Shown here piece by piece: positions 33,718-43,696 of a stretch of DNA of 64,000 nt (the stretch's first letter is position 1; the number at the start of each line of letters is the position of its first letter). The notes beneath the pieces were generated by a model. It did not search any database. It was not told where the DNA came from and worked only from the letters and a program-made list of their open reading frames with translations. This DNA is from Styela clava (Eukaryota), in NCBI RefSeq assembly GCF_964204865.1, contig NC_135263.1, positions 15,624,001-15,688,000 of the forward strand. The letters run 5' to 3'. The translations under genes and the position numbers were made by a program.

Positions 33718-35167
33718 AGTGGTTCCCAACCAGATTTTGGTGAGCCACGAAGAGATTTCATTTTCGAACTTATTCCAAGTGATTCCAATCCCTTGAATTT
33801 CCAAAGAATTGTTCACGGCTCTTGCTAACAAACAGAAACTGCAAATTTGTCGATGTCAACCAAGGTAATAAATTATTGTGCGAAATTTTTCCCAAATTTG
33901 ACCAAGGAATTATTATTTGACTAGTAGAATTGCGATTATTGCCTATTTATTTAATTAATATTTAAACTCAAAATAACATTCAGGATTTACGCAATGACTT
34001 TTCAGGCTTTTTATTCACCATTCAATGTGAAAATAAAACAGACACAATAGGAAAGCAAAAGGTCAACTATCGTTAAATATCCGCATTTCGACGTCAGAAA
34101 TGATAATATTGTTAGCTTAAAGTTGGGACAGTTTATTTATAATCGGTGAAGAGAAAGATCAAAACCGACCTAAAAGATAAAAATCAGAATAAAATCCCGA
34201 ATTCACTCTTTAATAGCCGTCTTTAACATATGTCGCCCATATGAACGCATAGTTCTCCAAGAAATATAAAACCAAACGTTGCGTAAGAATTAGTCCTTGT
34301 AAAAAAGGAGAGGACGGGCGGAAATAGCACACCAACATTAGAATGCCTAGCATTCTGGATGCCCATTGTATTTGTATTGAAAATATCCGATATTCGACAA
34401 TTCGTTAAAAATATTCGATTCGATAAAAATATTCTATTTTGCCCATTCTTGCAATCTCGAACACAGACAGGGTTATTTTTCGCATAGTTTCTGCGGTCTG
34501 AAAAGTCGAATAAGCGTTTCGACATAGTAATGCTACTATCTTTGCCATCAAAGTAGGCTCGGGCCTTGCACGAAATTCATAACGTCGGTGAAAATTGTTC
34601 ACAATAACTTTAAACCTATTTAGTCTTTTTACTCTTTTTTAGCGATAATAACTAATTGTTGTAATGAAATACGGTTTGTTTGCCTTATTCATTTCTTTCC
34701 CTAGTGCCGACAATTACACCGTTGAATGATTTTGGCAATGGGAGAAACATTAAATTGTAACAAAAATGAATTAGGTTGTGCAAAAGTGAGAATACCTGTG
34801 ATAACAATAACGCTACACCCAGGGGAAGGGCGAGAAAAACCAAAGCGTATCGCGTCACGTATTACCCGTGCGGCCGCGCATCTTTTAAAATAATGTGAGG
34901 TGCTCCGGAGGTGGGTCTCGTGTACATTATTGTAAGAAAACAGTTATAATATCGGTAACTATTAACGATTCATTTTAAATACAGGATATGTTATATTAAG
35001 AAGGATAGAATTTCACTTATCTGATCTTCTATGTTTTTTCTTATTTTATTGCTAAATGGCTTCAAGAGTAGGAAATGTTCCTGTTTTGTGTGTGATAGTT
35101 GTGCCGCGAATATTTAAATAACTCAATAATTGTGCCGCGACATAAAAAAAAAGGTTGGGAACCACTG
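33718..35167. mobile_element. Probable hAT (Charlie-like) non-autonomous element containing or nested with other repeats
   Basis: Matching ends cagtggttcccaacc / ggttgggaaccactg. No clean 8-bp TSD, so the pairing of the ends is uncertain. Confidence 0.5.
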
Positions 35168-36055
35168 AATGATTTTAAAATCGAATATTTTTTCGAATCA
35201 AATCTTGAATACTTCGAAGATGTAGTGACTGCTTTATTGCATTGGGCCCTCCAGACATATTATTTGGTGGAAACACGTCATCTATCATTAAGACAGTTCG
35301 CCGAGTGTTCACGCACATTAATTAACATGTTGCATCAATAACTCAATCGGAAGAATAGAGTCATGTCAGAATAGCATTTTAAAAATTAAACATGAATAAA
35401 AAACTGAGGGATTTATCTCGACTCGCCGGCGGACAGAAAAAAAATGGCGACGATTCGAAATTCCCATCTGAACCGATTCCAATAATTTACTATTACCAAG
35501 CTCTACTCATCGGTCTTTCCTTGTGATGTTTTGATTATCTTAGCACTGAAGTGGGCGAGGCATTAAATAATTGCAGAGGCCGCAAATAGGAAGTTCTTGG
35601 ACGGATTTGCGAACAGCTAGCACGAACTAAAAAAAGCAGCATCAATAAAATCCTAAAATTTACTGTCGTCGGTGAAATGCGGTTTCACATGGATTTGTTT
35701 TATATTATACATATATTATAATAACGCACCCCTTTCTCCGCCTAGAACTAGAATGCCCAGAGGTCACCAGCGCTCTTTTGCGCTCTTTCAACTCTTAAAG
35801 TTGAATTTTCTACTATTTAAATATTATATAATTATAAGGGTTAACAAAAATGAATACAGTCAAAAATGAATTACACAGCACCTAATATTTCTTTGAGATT
35901 TTACATAACAAAACAAATAAAATTATTTCTATCAGGACAGTGAAAATAGTAGTACCGCTAAATGTTTGGTTTGTGTGATAAAAACCTTTATAAGATATTT
36001 CTATGAATATTGAACAAAGCATTTCAAAGTATACATAATTTACTGGTGACTTGAA

Positions 36056-36634
36056 CTAATCAGAATACAAAACTTCATGAACAGGATAGTCGAATTCTGA
36101 CACTGGGATTTCATTGCATAATTGCACAGAATAAGCCAAAGCCAATAAATATGGGTGGTATCCATTTTCTTGTAACTTTTTAATGTAATTGTCATAATAT
36201 CCCTTCCCTCTGCCAAGACGTTTCCCATCAGTTGAAAAGCCAAGACCAGGCATTAATATTAGGTCCAAGCCGCCTGTAACCAAGGCATTTGGTCTTGAAT
36301 TATCATTATCTGATGGCTGCTTAATATGCCATGATGTTTCGGGTAGGCTGTTGTAGTCTTCCAAAGATTCCAGTTTTACCATATCCATGGTGTTCCCTAT
36401 ATACTTTGGTATATAAACATCTTTTTTCTGTTGAAATGCTTGTTTCAATATTGCATCAGTCTTAACCTCATCATTCATACTTAAGAATATCGATAACCTC
36501 TTACTGGATACATATTTAGGGTGTTGAAGAACTTGTTTGGTGACATTATTTGACTGCAATAACTTTTCCTCTTCTGTTAGTGAAGAAATTCGCTTTTTAA
36601 TCTCCTTTCTGAGCTGCTTTTTAGCTGCTTGCAT
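36056..36634 (-). CDS. MTHFS: 5-formyltetrahydrofolate cyclo-ligase (methenyltetrahydrofolate synthetase), intronless, 192 aa
   Basis: AKKQLRKE, SKRLSIFLSMNDEV, MDMVKL, LPETSWHIKQP, TGGLDLILMPGLGF, RLGRGKGYYD and EVLY are all present; full length. Confidence 0.96.
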   Translation of the reverse strand: MQAAKKQLRKEIKKRISSLTEEEKLLQSNNVTKQVLQHPKYVSSKRLSIFLSMNDEVKTDAILKQAFQQKKDVYIPKYIGNTMDMVKLESLEDYNSLPETSWHIKQPSDNDNSRPNALVTGGLDLILMPGLGFSTDGKRLGRGKGYYDNYIKKLQENGYHPYLLALAYSVQLCNEIPVSEFDYPVHEVLYSD

Positions 36635-37283
36635 GTTGTTCAGCCAACTGTTGAATCAACTTTTTCCAATGAGCCCTTTTCTTTTTTATATATGAGGCAC
36701 AAACATTATCTAAAATACTGCCATTTTGAAAAGATTCGTTCTTCAAGTAATATTCAAATAAACACTCGGTTATTGCAATTACATACATACCACAGTCATT
36801 ACCATTTGTTTGTTTAGGACATTGCATCTGAGTAATAGTAACACTTGGAAAATCAAATAAAGCAGCAAATTGCTTACATAGCTGGTTAGCAGGTTGTCTA
36901 TTGAAACATGTTGATGAATTAGATAAAGAATCAAAATGAAAAAAACATTTTGACGAAAAGTCGCAAATGATCAGACTCCAATGAATACCACCTGGATAAA
37001 GTGTATTGTTATCATTCAATGGTATGAATGCAAGTTTTTTCGAAGTGAAATTATGTGGCCCTATTATGGCTGAGGCCTCTTCGGTTGTGAGTGTTTTCAA
37101 CAATTGCACCACACTAGGATTCATGAAGGCAACGATGTCTTTAGAGTTTTTGAATTGTTCGACTTCAAAATACTCATAAACGAATCCGATTATCTTATCA
37201 TTCAGCCATTGTGAATCATTCAGAAGTAATAAGTCTGACGTATACAACAAACTGTCTCCGAAACTTAATATTATTTCATCCAT
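36621..37283 (-). CDS. SENP8: NEDD8-specific protease 1 (SENP8/NEDP1/DEN1), intronless, 220 aa from the ATG at 37283
   Basis: ILSFGDSLL..SD, WLNDKIIGFVYEYF, PLNDN...GGIHWSL (catalytic His), FFHFDS (Asp), PKQTNGNDCGMYV (Gln, Cys) and YIKKKRAHWKKLI. The ORF-track start at 37292 is TTG; the first ATG is at 37283. Confidence 0.95.
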   Translation of the reverse strand: MDEIILSFGDSLLYTSDLLLLNDSQWLNDKIIGFVYEYFEVEQFKNSKDIVAFMNPSVVQLLKTLTTEEASAIIGPHNFTSKKLAFIPLNDNNTLYPGGIHWSLIICDFSSKCFFHFDSLSNSSTCFNRQPANQLCKQFAALFDFPSVTITQMQCPKQTNGNDCGMYVIAITECLFEYYLKNESFQNGSILDNVCASYIKKKRAHWKKLIQQLAEQHASS

Positions 37284-37946
37284 AGAAATCAATCAATAGT
37301 ACAGCGTTGTAAACGAAATAGTTTAACAATATAGTCCAAAACTATTGGAATAAAAAACAATTTTGCAAGGCAAGATCCTGAATAAGGCTTGCAAAAGATT
37401 TCATTTTAATATCTAAAACATCATACTTTCATGGGCAGTCAAACATTATTTTTTTAATTACTGCAAATCAACCTGAAAAAATATATAGTAAGTAAAAAAT
37501 ACGGTGCGAATTTTCACTCAAAGTGATTAAAAATGAATTCCGATTCTGGTTGTTACTTGAAATTTTAGTGTAGAAACTACTGCATGAAACAAATATCTGA
37601 GTATACAATGCAATTCTGTCACTAAATTTTCTGCAATTTCGGGGACTAACGTAGTTTTGAACCACAATTCTGACAAGTAGGCCTACTTCTAACTAAGGGG
37701 GAAACCCACTGGCCCCAGAGTAGTCAGAGGTCAGGAGGTGAGAAGGTGGAAGTATGTTAGGTACGAAACTACATGAGACCCAAATACCGGTACAAGTATC
37801 GTGTATCATGAGACAGCTGTATGAAGCCCATGTTCAGATATTGCCCCGCGATTAGAGAGTGAATGAGCAAGAACCCCATCACATCGAGACCCTAACCACA
37901 CAGAAATGTACTTTCCCGGCCTTTGACCCCCACAATATTTTTCCTA

Positions 37947-38419
37947 TAGACCTTTCCCCGACCTTTGACCCCCGGAATGCAAAATTTTCGGAGATATTTT
38001 AAGAGTGCTTTTGCGAGTTGGCGCCTGTAAAATGGGGTATGTGCTTCAAACTATCATTACGATTCATCGCATACAACAATCTGTTTTTTTAGAAGTACCG
38101 ATAATAAATTTTAGCTTAGTCTATCACAAGATTTCTACACTAATTTTTTATTACTGCAATTAAATTAAAACTCCTAGGAAACTTATTCATTGTTCATTGA
38201 ATTATCTGATTTATATTTGAGTTTCCGAAACACAACTGAAAACTAACGGATAGAGTTCAAAAACGCGGTAATGTTTACACCACACTTGACGATCTGTCTG
38301 AGTGAGAAAAGTGTCTGAGCGGATGCGAAAAGGGAGCACTGTTTCGTCACGTTTTGCATTTTGCTGATTGGCCAATGTCACGAAGTAAACAAGGAAATCG
38401 ATGCTCGGGGAAAGGTCCA
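37947..38419 (-). mobile_element. MITE copy 2, inverted relative to 31601-32100
   Basis: Ends tagacctttccccga / tcggggaaaggtcca, TA on the left flank. The interior is the reverse complement of copy 1 with scattered substitutions and small indels. Confidence 0.88.
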
Positions 38420-38989
38420 TGCTCCACCATCGCAAGATTTGATCCTTTCGGGAGTGATACAGCTAGATGTCGCTTGCAAACTGCTTAACAAGTTTAAAAC
38501 AGCCATTTTTATTGAAAATATTCAAATACGTGCCGCTCACTGATTGTCAATTCAAGCCTAGTACCGGTATATCGTAGCTTTTTCTGGACTAATTTTGAGC
38601 TGAACTAAAACTTCCCGGAAGACACAATGGCAATCAGGTTAGTTGATTCACAGCCAACGCTTAAAATCGACAAAAAACAGGCAAACCCACGAAAACGGGG
38701 CGATTTTTGGAAGCATGCTTATATATCCGTCTAAACTAAGCGGTTCAAGAAATTGCAAATGTTACGTCATTGTTACGGAAACAAACAAGGAAAACGATAC
38801 TCGGGGAAACATCCATAGGTACTTTGCTATGCTTGTTTACAACTGCTTGTCTGAGGAAATCTGATTTTGGTCAGAGAGAGAGAGAGATTTATTTTTTGTC
38901 AATCAAAATGAAATAACAGTCATCGTAATATTAACAAGAACAAGACTAAGAACAACAAAACGACCGCTATGTCCAATACGTGTCCAATA

Positions 38990-39140
38990 ATAACGAGAGA
39001 GCTACGCTCAAATGTATGGACACATCTGTTCGCAGTACAGTACGGTTTACCGTACAGTCAGATCACAGTCTACAACAAGAGAGCTACGCCCAAATATATG
39101 GACACGTCTGTTCGCAGTACAGTACTGTTTACCGTACCGT
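38990..39140. repeat. Tandem duplication, unit about 82 bp, followed by a larger duplication (39230-39415 vs 39555-39730)
   Basis: agagagctacgc.caaat.tatggacac.tctgttcgcagtacagtac.gtttaccgtac occurs twice; cgcagaacgtt..tgacgtcat.gcaaacaa.aacaaatctcacagagcta occurs twice. Confidence 0.85.
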
Positions 39141-40610
39141 CGATCAGCGTAAGGAAAAAATTGTAGCAAAGTACCGTAAGGACTTCGTTACGGACGTGAC
39201 ACGTGATCAAAAAGAAGAGGAGTATCGGCTATGCGTCCGCAGAACGTTCGCTGACGTCATGGCAAACAAAAACAAATCTCACAGAGCTAACAGGAATATT
39301 TGAAATAAATAAAAGTAATACGCTTCTGGAGAAAAATTTCATCTTTAACCAGTAAAAATTTCGAAGCAATCGGTCCAGTAATGAAAGAGAAAAGCGTGTT
39401 TTTAGATTTTCCATTAGATGTCCAAAAAGTGTCAAAGAACAACAACAACAACAAGACCAACATAATATTGAAACGATCGTTATGTCCACTACGTGTCCAA
39501 AAATAAATTCACACCAAGCGAAGCAGTACAGTAGGACACAAAGTGGCGTCCGATGCCCGCAGAACGTTTAATGACGTCATAGCAAACAAGAACAAATCTC
39601 ACAGAGCTATCAGATATATTTGAAATAAATAAAAGTAATAGCCTTCTGGAGAAAAATTTCATCTTTAACCACTAAAAATTTCAAAGCAATTGGTCCAGTG
39701 ATCAAAGAGAAAAGCGTTTTTTTAATATTACCATTTCACTATAATTACACTGAACGAATTCAAATAATTTATACTGCATATGTGAATTTATTAGCAGAAA
39801 TGTTTCATTCCATGGCACATGTACACATTGAAGATGTAACTAACGTGACGAAACACTACAAGATTACTTTTGTGTTAGTGTGCAGCAGGACTTTTGGTTT
39901 GCATGGTGCATAATTCTTTATATTAGTAATATCTGAGTTGATAGCATATAATAGAATGGCCAAATCATATCTGAAATCTCGTCCAAACCATGTCTGGTCA
40001 ATTAGCATATTCTTGTGTGGGATTTGCCAGTTGCCATATGCATGGACATGATGGCCAAGGTAGCTGTTTTTCTCGATATAAAAGGTTAATTAGTTTCAAT
40101 TTTGGGTAAGCGAACACGTACTACTTTTTTTTATCAATACCTTCCCTCTTCCCTCTTTTTCGTTTCGATCATTTTATATTTTGCAATATAATTTCAATTT
40201 GTGCAAAATACCATTATTTAAAAGAATGCTTTCATAATTGAAAATAGTAAATTCATGTAAATATTGTACATAGTATAAATCGTGAGAGACATTTATATAT
40301 TGACACGAACCTGTTATTTTTATGCCTATTTAATATAATTGGGTGGCAACTGACTCTGATGACCCCCAAAGGTCGTATCGTTGCCCCCCAGTCATATACC
40401 GAAAACTATTTTTTTGATATTTGTTTATGTGTGCATAAATTGTTTTCTTGGTTTGACAAAATGAAATAAACTCTCTCTCACTCTCTCTCATCTGAAATCT
40501 GTACGCTCCAAACCTGTAGGTTTCGTTTGCTTTCCCAATTCTAAAATCAGTTTTATTCATTTTGTTTTTATCAATTAGTAGAAATAAACTTATACTCTTA
40601 TTATTTGGTG

Positions 40611-40653
40611 GTCACGTGGGGCACTATAGAGCAAATTTGGCTGCAAGATGGCG
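40611..40653 (+). promoter_or_regulatory. Probable ISCU promoter: E-box GTCACGTG (40611-40618) and YY1-type CAAGATGGCG (40644-40653)
   Basis: Housekeeping-promoter motifs at the start of a GC-richer patch 0.9 kb upstream of the ISCU ATG. A candidate donor lies at 40852 and candidate acceptors near 41415 and 41511. Confidence 0.45.
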
Positions 40654-41100
40654 TAATAACAATGCTGTTATGCAACAACCAAAGTGACTATGCAGTCGCG
40701 GCTAGATGAGTAGATGTCTAGCGTAAAACAATGACAGACAGACAAGTTTTGTATGTGTATGCAGACCGATGTGCATGAGGTTCGCTCATCCGACCAGGCA
40801 CCTTCACATAATTCGTGTTCGAATTGTTTTTGTGTACCGTATGTCAGTACGGTATGTCTAGGAGATGTATGATTGAAACGCAAAGCCGTGGTCTTTTTGC
40901 ATTTTGTAGTTGCCATGATACCAAAATACAGTACATTAATAATAATAAATAGGAGAAATTCAATTAAACTATTACCTATTTCAGGATGACCATCAAAATG
41001 TCTGATTTATAGTCTACTTACAGTTTTAGGGGAGAATGGAATTACCTGATTACGGTACTTTCGGACATACATCCTATTTTTATATATTCAGATATTAGTC

Positions 41101-41339
41101 AATTTTGGGGCTCCCGAAGTATGCGAACCAAGATGGCGGACATCGGAATGTAATATGTGTACTAGGTTAGGGTTAGGCCATAATTTTAGGTATAAATACT
41201 ACGGGAGGCTCTTGGCTAGTCTTCGAACTGATAATAGGACTAAAATAAGGAAAATTGGAAAAAAGTTATCGCCTAACCCGAACCTGTTACGTTCCGATGT
41301 CCGCCATCTTGGTTCGCATACTTCGGGAGCACCCAATTT
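41101..41339. mobile_element. MITE with about 50-bp TIRs upstream of the ISCU CDS
   Basis: gctcccgaagtatgcgaaccaagatggcggacatcggaatgtaa and its near-perfect reverse complement ttacgttccgatgtccgccatcttggttcgcatacttcgggagc. Confidence 0.92.
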
Positions 41340-41546
41340 TTTTTAATAGATATAGCCTAGGTTAGAAAATGTGTTGCAAATGTAGACTATAAAGTTGAAA
41401 TGTTTCTTTTTTCAGGAGTGGGTTTTTGATGTTTCTTACTTTTGATTTCTCACTCCAAACTAGGCTTAGATGATGAACTCAGCTAAAGTGAATTGAATTG
41501 TTTTTTTCCAGTTAACATCATATTAAAGTAACATTAATTAGTCATC

Positions 41547-42029
41547 ATGTTAACAACAAAGGCTGTGGTGGCATCAAGACTTGTCGCCCAGGCTCGTCAA
41601 CAATTTCAAAAGACAGCAGCAATTCAGGACAGAGAATACCATAAGAATGTTATTGATCATTATGAGAAGCCGAGAAACGTTGGCACTTTGGACAAGAAAC
41701 TAAAAAATGTTGGTACGGGACTGGTTGGTGCACCTGCTTGTGGTGACGTCATGCGTCTGCAAATTGAAGTTGATGATAATGGAAAAATTACAGATGCGAA
41801 GTTCAAAACATTTGGATGTGGTTCTGCGATTGCCTCAAGCTCGCTTGCTACTGAGTGGATAAAGGGAAAAAGCATTCAGGAAGCTGCAACAATCAAGAAC
41901 ACTCACATCGCAAAAGAGCTTTCACTCCCACCTGTCAAGCTTCATTGTTCTATGTTAGCGGAAGATGCCATACAAGCGGCTCTGAAGGACTATAATATCA
42001 AACAGTCCCCTATGAAACCAAACCAGTAA
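41547..42029 (+). CDS. ISCU: Mitochondrial iron-sulfur cluster scaffold ISCU, intronless CDS, 160 aa
   Basis: Basic presequence, then YHKNVIDHYEKPRNVG, GAPACGDVMRLQI, FKTFGCGSAIASSS and LPPVKLHCSMLAEDAI. Confidence 0.98.
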   Translation: MLTTKAVVASRLVAQARQQFQKTAAIQDREYHKNVIDHYEKPRNVGTLDKKLKNVGTGLVGAPACGDVMRLQIEVDDNGKITDAKFKTFGCGSAIASSSLATEWIKGKSIQEAATIKNTHIAKELSLPPVKLHCSMLAEDAIQAALKDYNIKQSPMKPNQ

Positions 42030-43526
42030 AATGTTGTACATAAAATGGAGTAAAAGTGGGCTATCAAGATTATATATTTTTCATTTGAATTTTTACCAAT
42101 TATATAATACGGTCTTGATAATTACCAAATTAAGCAAAAATTGCCACGATTTATGCTTAACACAAACTAAAGTGCTCAAAAGATATTATTATTGATCTTA
42201 ACCTATGTAGTGACAAAAACATTCATTACTGCCTTTGAAAATTTGTTAGGGTGAGATCGAGCCAAGGCTATATCCCATTTCACTTCTCTTCTCACTCTTA
42301 TTATTGCGTACTTAGGGATAGAGTGTTAAAAAGTAATCACCATTACCTGTCACCACCATTATATTTCTTGTTTGGTTTTTGATATTTTTAGAGCAAGGTG
42401 TTCTTCCCGTGATCATGTATATAGATTTGATTGGTTTTGAACTTCTCTTTAAAATATACTCATTTTATATAAGCCGATGTACATACTCCTTCGATGAAAA
42501 GACTCATCTTCGGATGTTAAAGTTGGGTAGAGTATTACAGTATAATACCCCCAGTAAAGAATAACTGTGTCCTGCAGTTTGAAAGTAACTCATGATGATT
42601 CTGCATGTATTTGAATGCAATTGTTTTGTTTTTCGTAATATATTACTGGTGTCCTCATATGTGTGTAAATTTGTTTTTTCAAATAAGTGGAAAGGTTTAG
42701 CAGAGGTTATACATTATTTGGGATACAGTGATTATAGAATAGGGAGACAACTCTTTTAAGAAAAATTTCCAGCGACCTAGAGAGTTACTGCAATTTTGAG
42801 TAAAAGCCTTGTGGTACATCTGATTAGCTGAGTTTGCCTTAATGATTTATACGCTTCTTGCCAAACAGCAATTTCGCACCTCATTTCTTGGGTTAATCTC
42901 CTTGTCATTCTGTGGGTTGGGGGGAAGATGCAAATCGAAATTAAAAGTGTATACTTACTTTTGAGACAACCTGTATAATAGGAAAAAAGAGCCCTCTCTG
43001 AAGAAAAAATTCCCAATGTTACTGGCACTTCTGTAGTTGTCATTAGTTTATTTCCAATTTGAAACTACTTATTATGATTGATGATATATCAATATTATTT
43101 TCTTATGCCTTTTTTGTATATTATTCGGAAGGATTTTTGTTGAAAAATAATGAAAAGCATTCGTTAGGTGAAAATATAATGATGATGTCAATAAAATTCC
43201 TGACATCTTGCCTTTGCGCCTTTGTTGACGGTGATAACGTGCAGAGGAAGCCAAATAGCTTTTTCATAACTTGGAACGCAACCCACTGAGCGTTCACAGT
43301 ATGGGTGATTTACAAAAATTGTGTGTTTAAACTGTGTTATATGATTATATATTGTATATCGGTATATGGCGGGGGCAGTTGCTTCCTCGTTTATAGTCAA
43401 AACCACACTGTTTGATTGAACTCTGCACATACAAACTTACTACAGTGATGTGTCGCAAATGCGATGTGGCCCAAATTGCTACTATAAATGCTTCCACGTT
43501 CAATGTGAGCAATTCGTACATATAGG

Positions 43527-43696
43527 CAGTGGTGGGATTCAAATTTTTTGTCAGTCGGTTCCTTCACAAAAGTCTTATTTTTCAGCCGGTTCTGTTACAA
43601 ACAAAACATTGACAGTAACCAGTATTGCTAACCGGTTCGCCGATCTCATAAAATTCCGTGAGACGGTTCTTTAGAACCGGCTGAATCCCACCACTG
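43527..43696. mobile_element. hAT MITE, 170 bp
   Basis: Perfect 15-bp TIRs cagtggtgggattca / tgaatcccaccactg; perfect 8-bp TSD catatagg. Confidence 0.95.

Noticed and set aside
33300-33831. GC-richer stretch and 116-aa minus-strand ORF
   Set aside because: The ORF starts inside a MITE end, has no recognisable motif, and the neighbouring frames are broken. It is probably decayed repeat.
38980-39303. 107-aa ORF, and a CRISPR-like appearance of the short direct repeats
   Set aside because: It is a two-unit tandem duplication within a dispersed repeat in a eukaryotic context, with no spacer array and no cas genes.
40835-40854. Iron-responsive element upstream of ISCU
   Set aside because: The loop is UGUCAG rather than CAGUGN and there is no unpaired C five base pairs below the loop.
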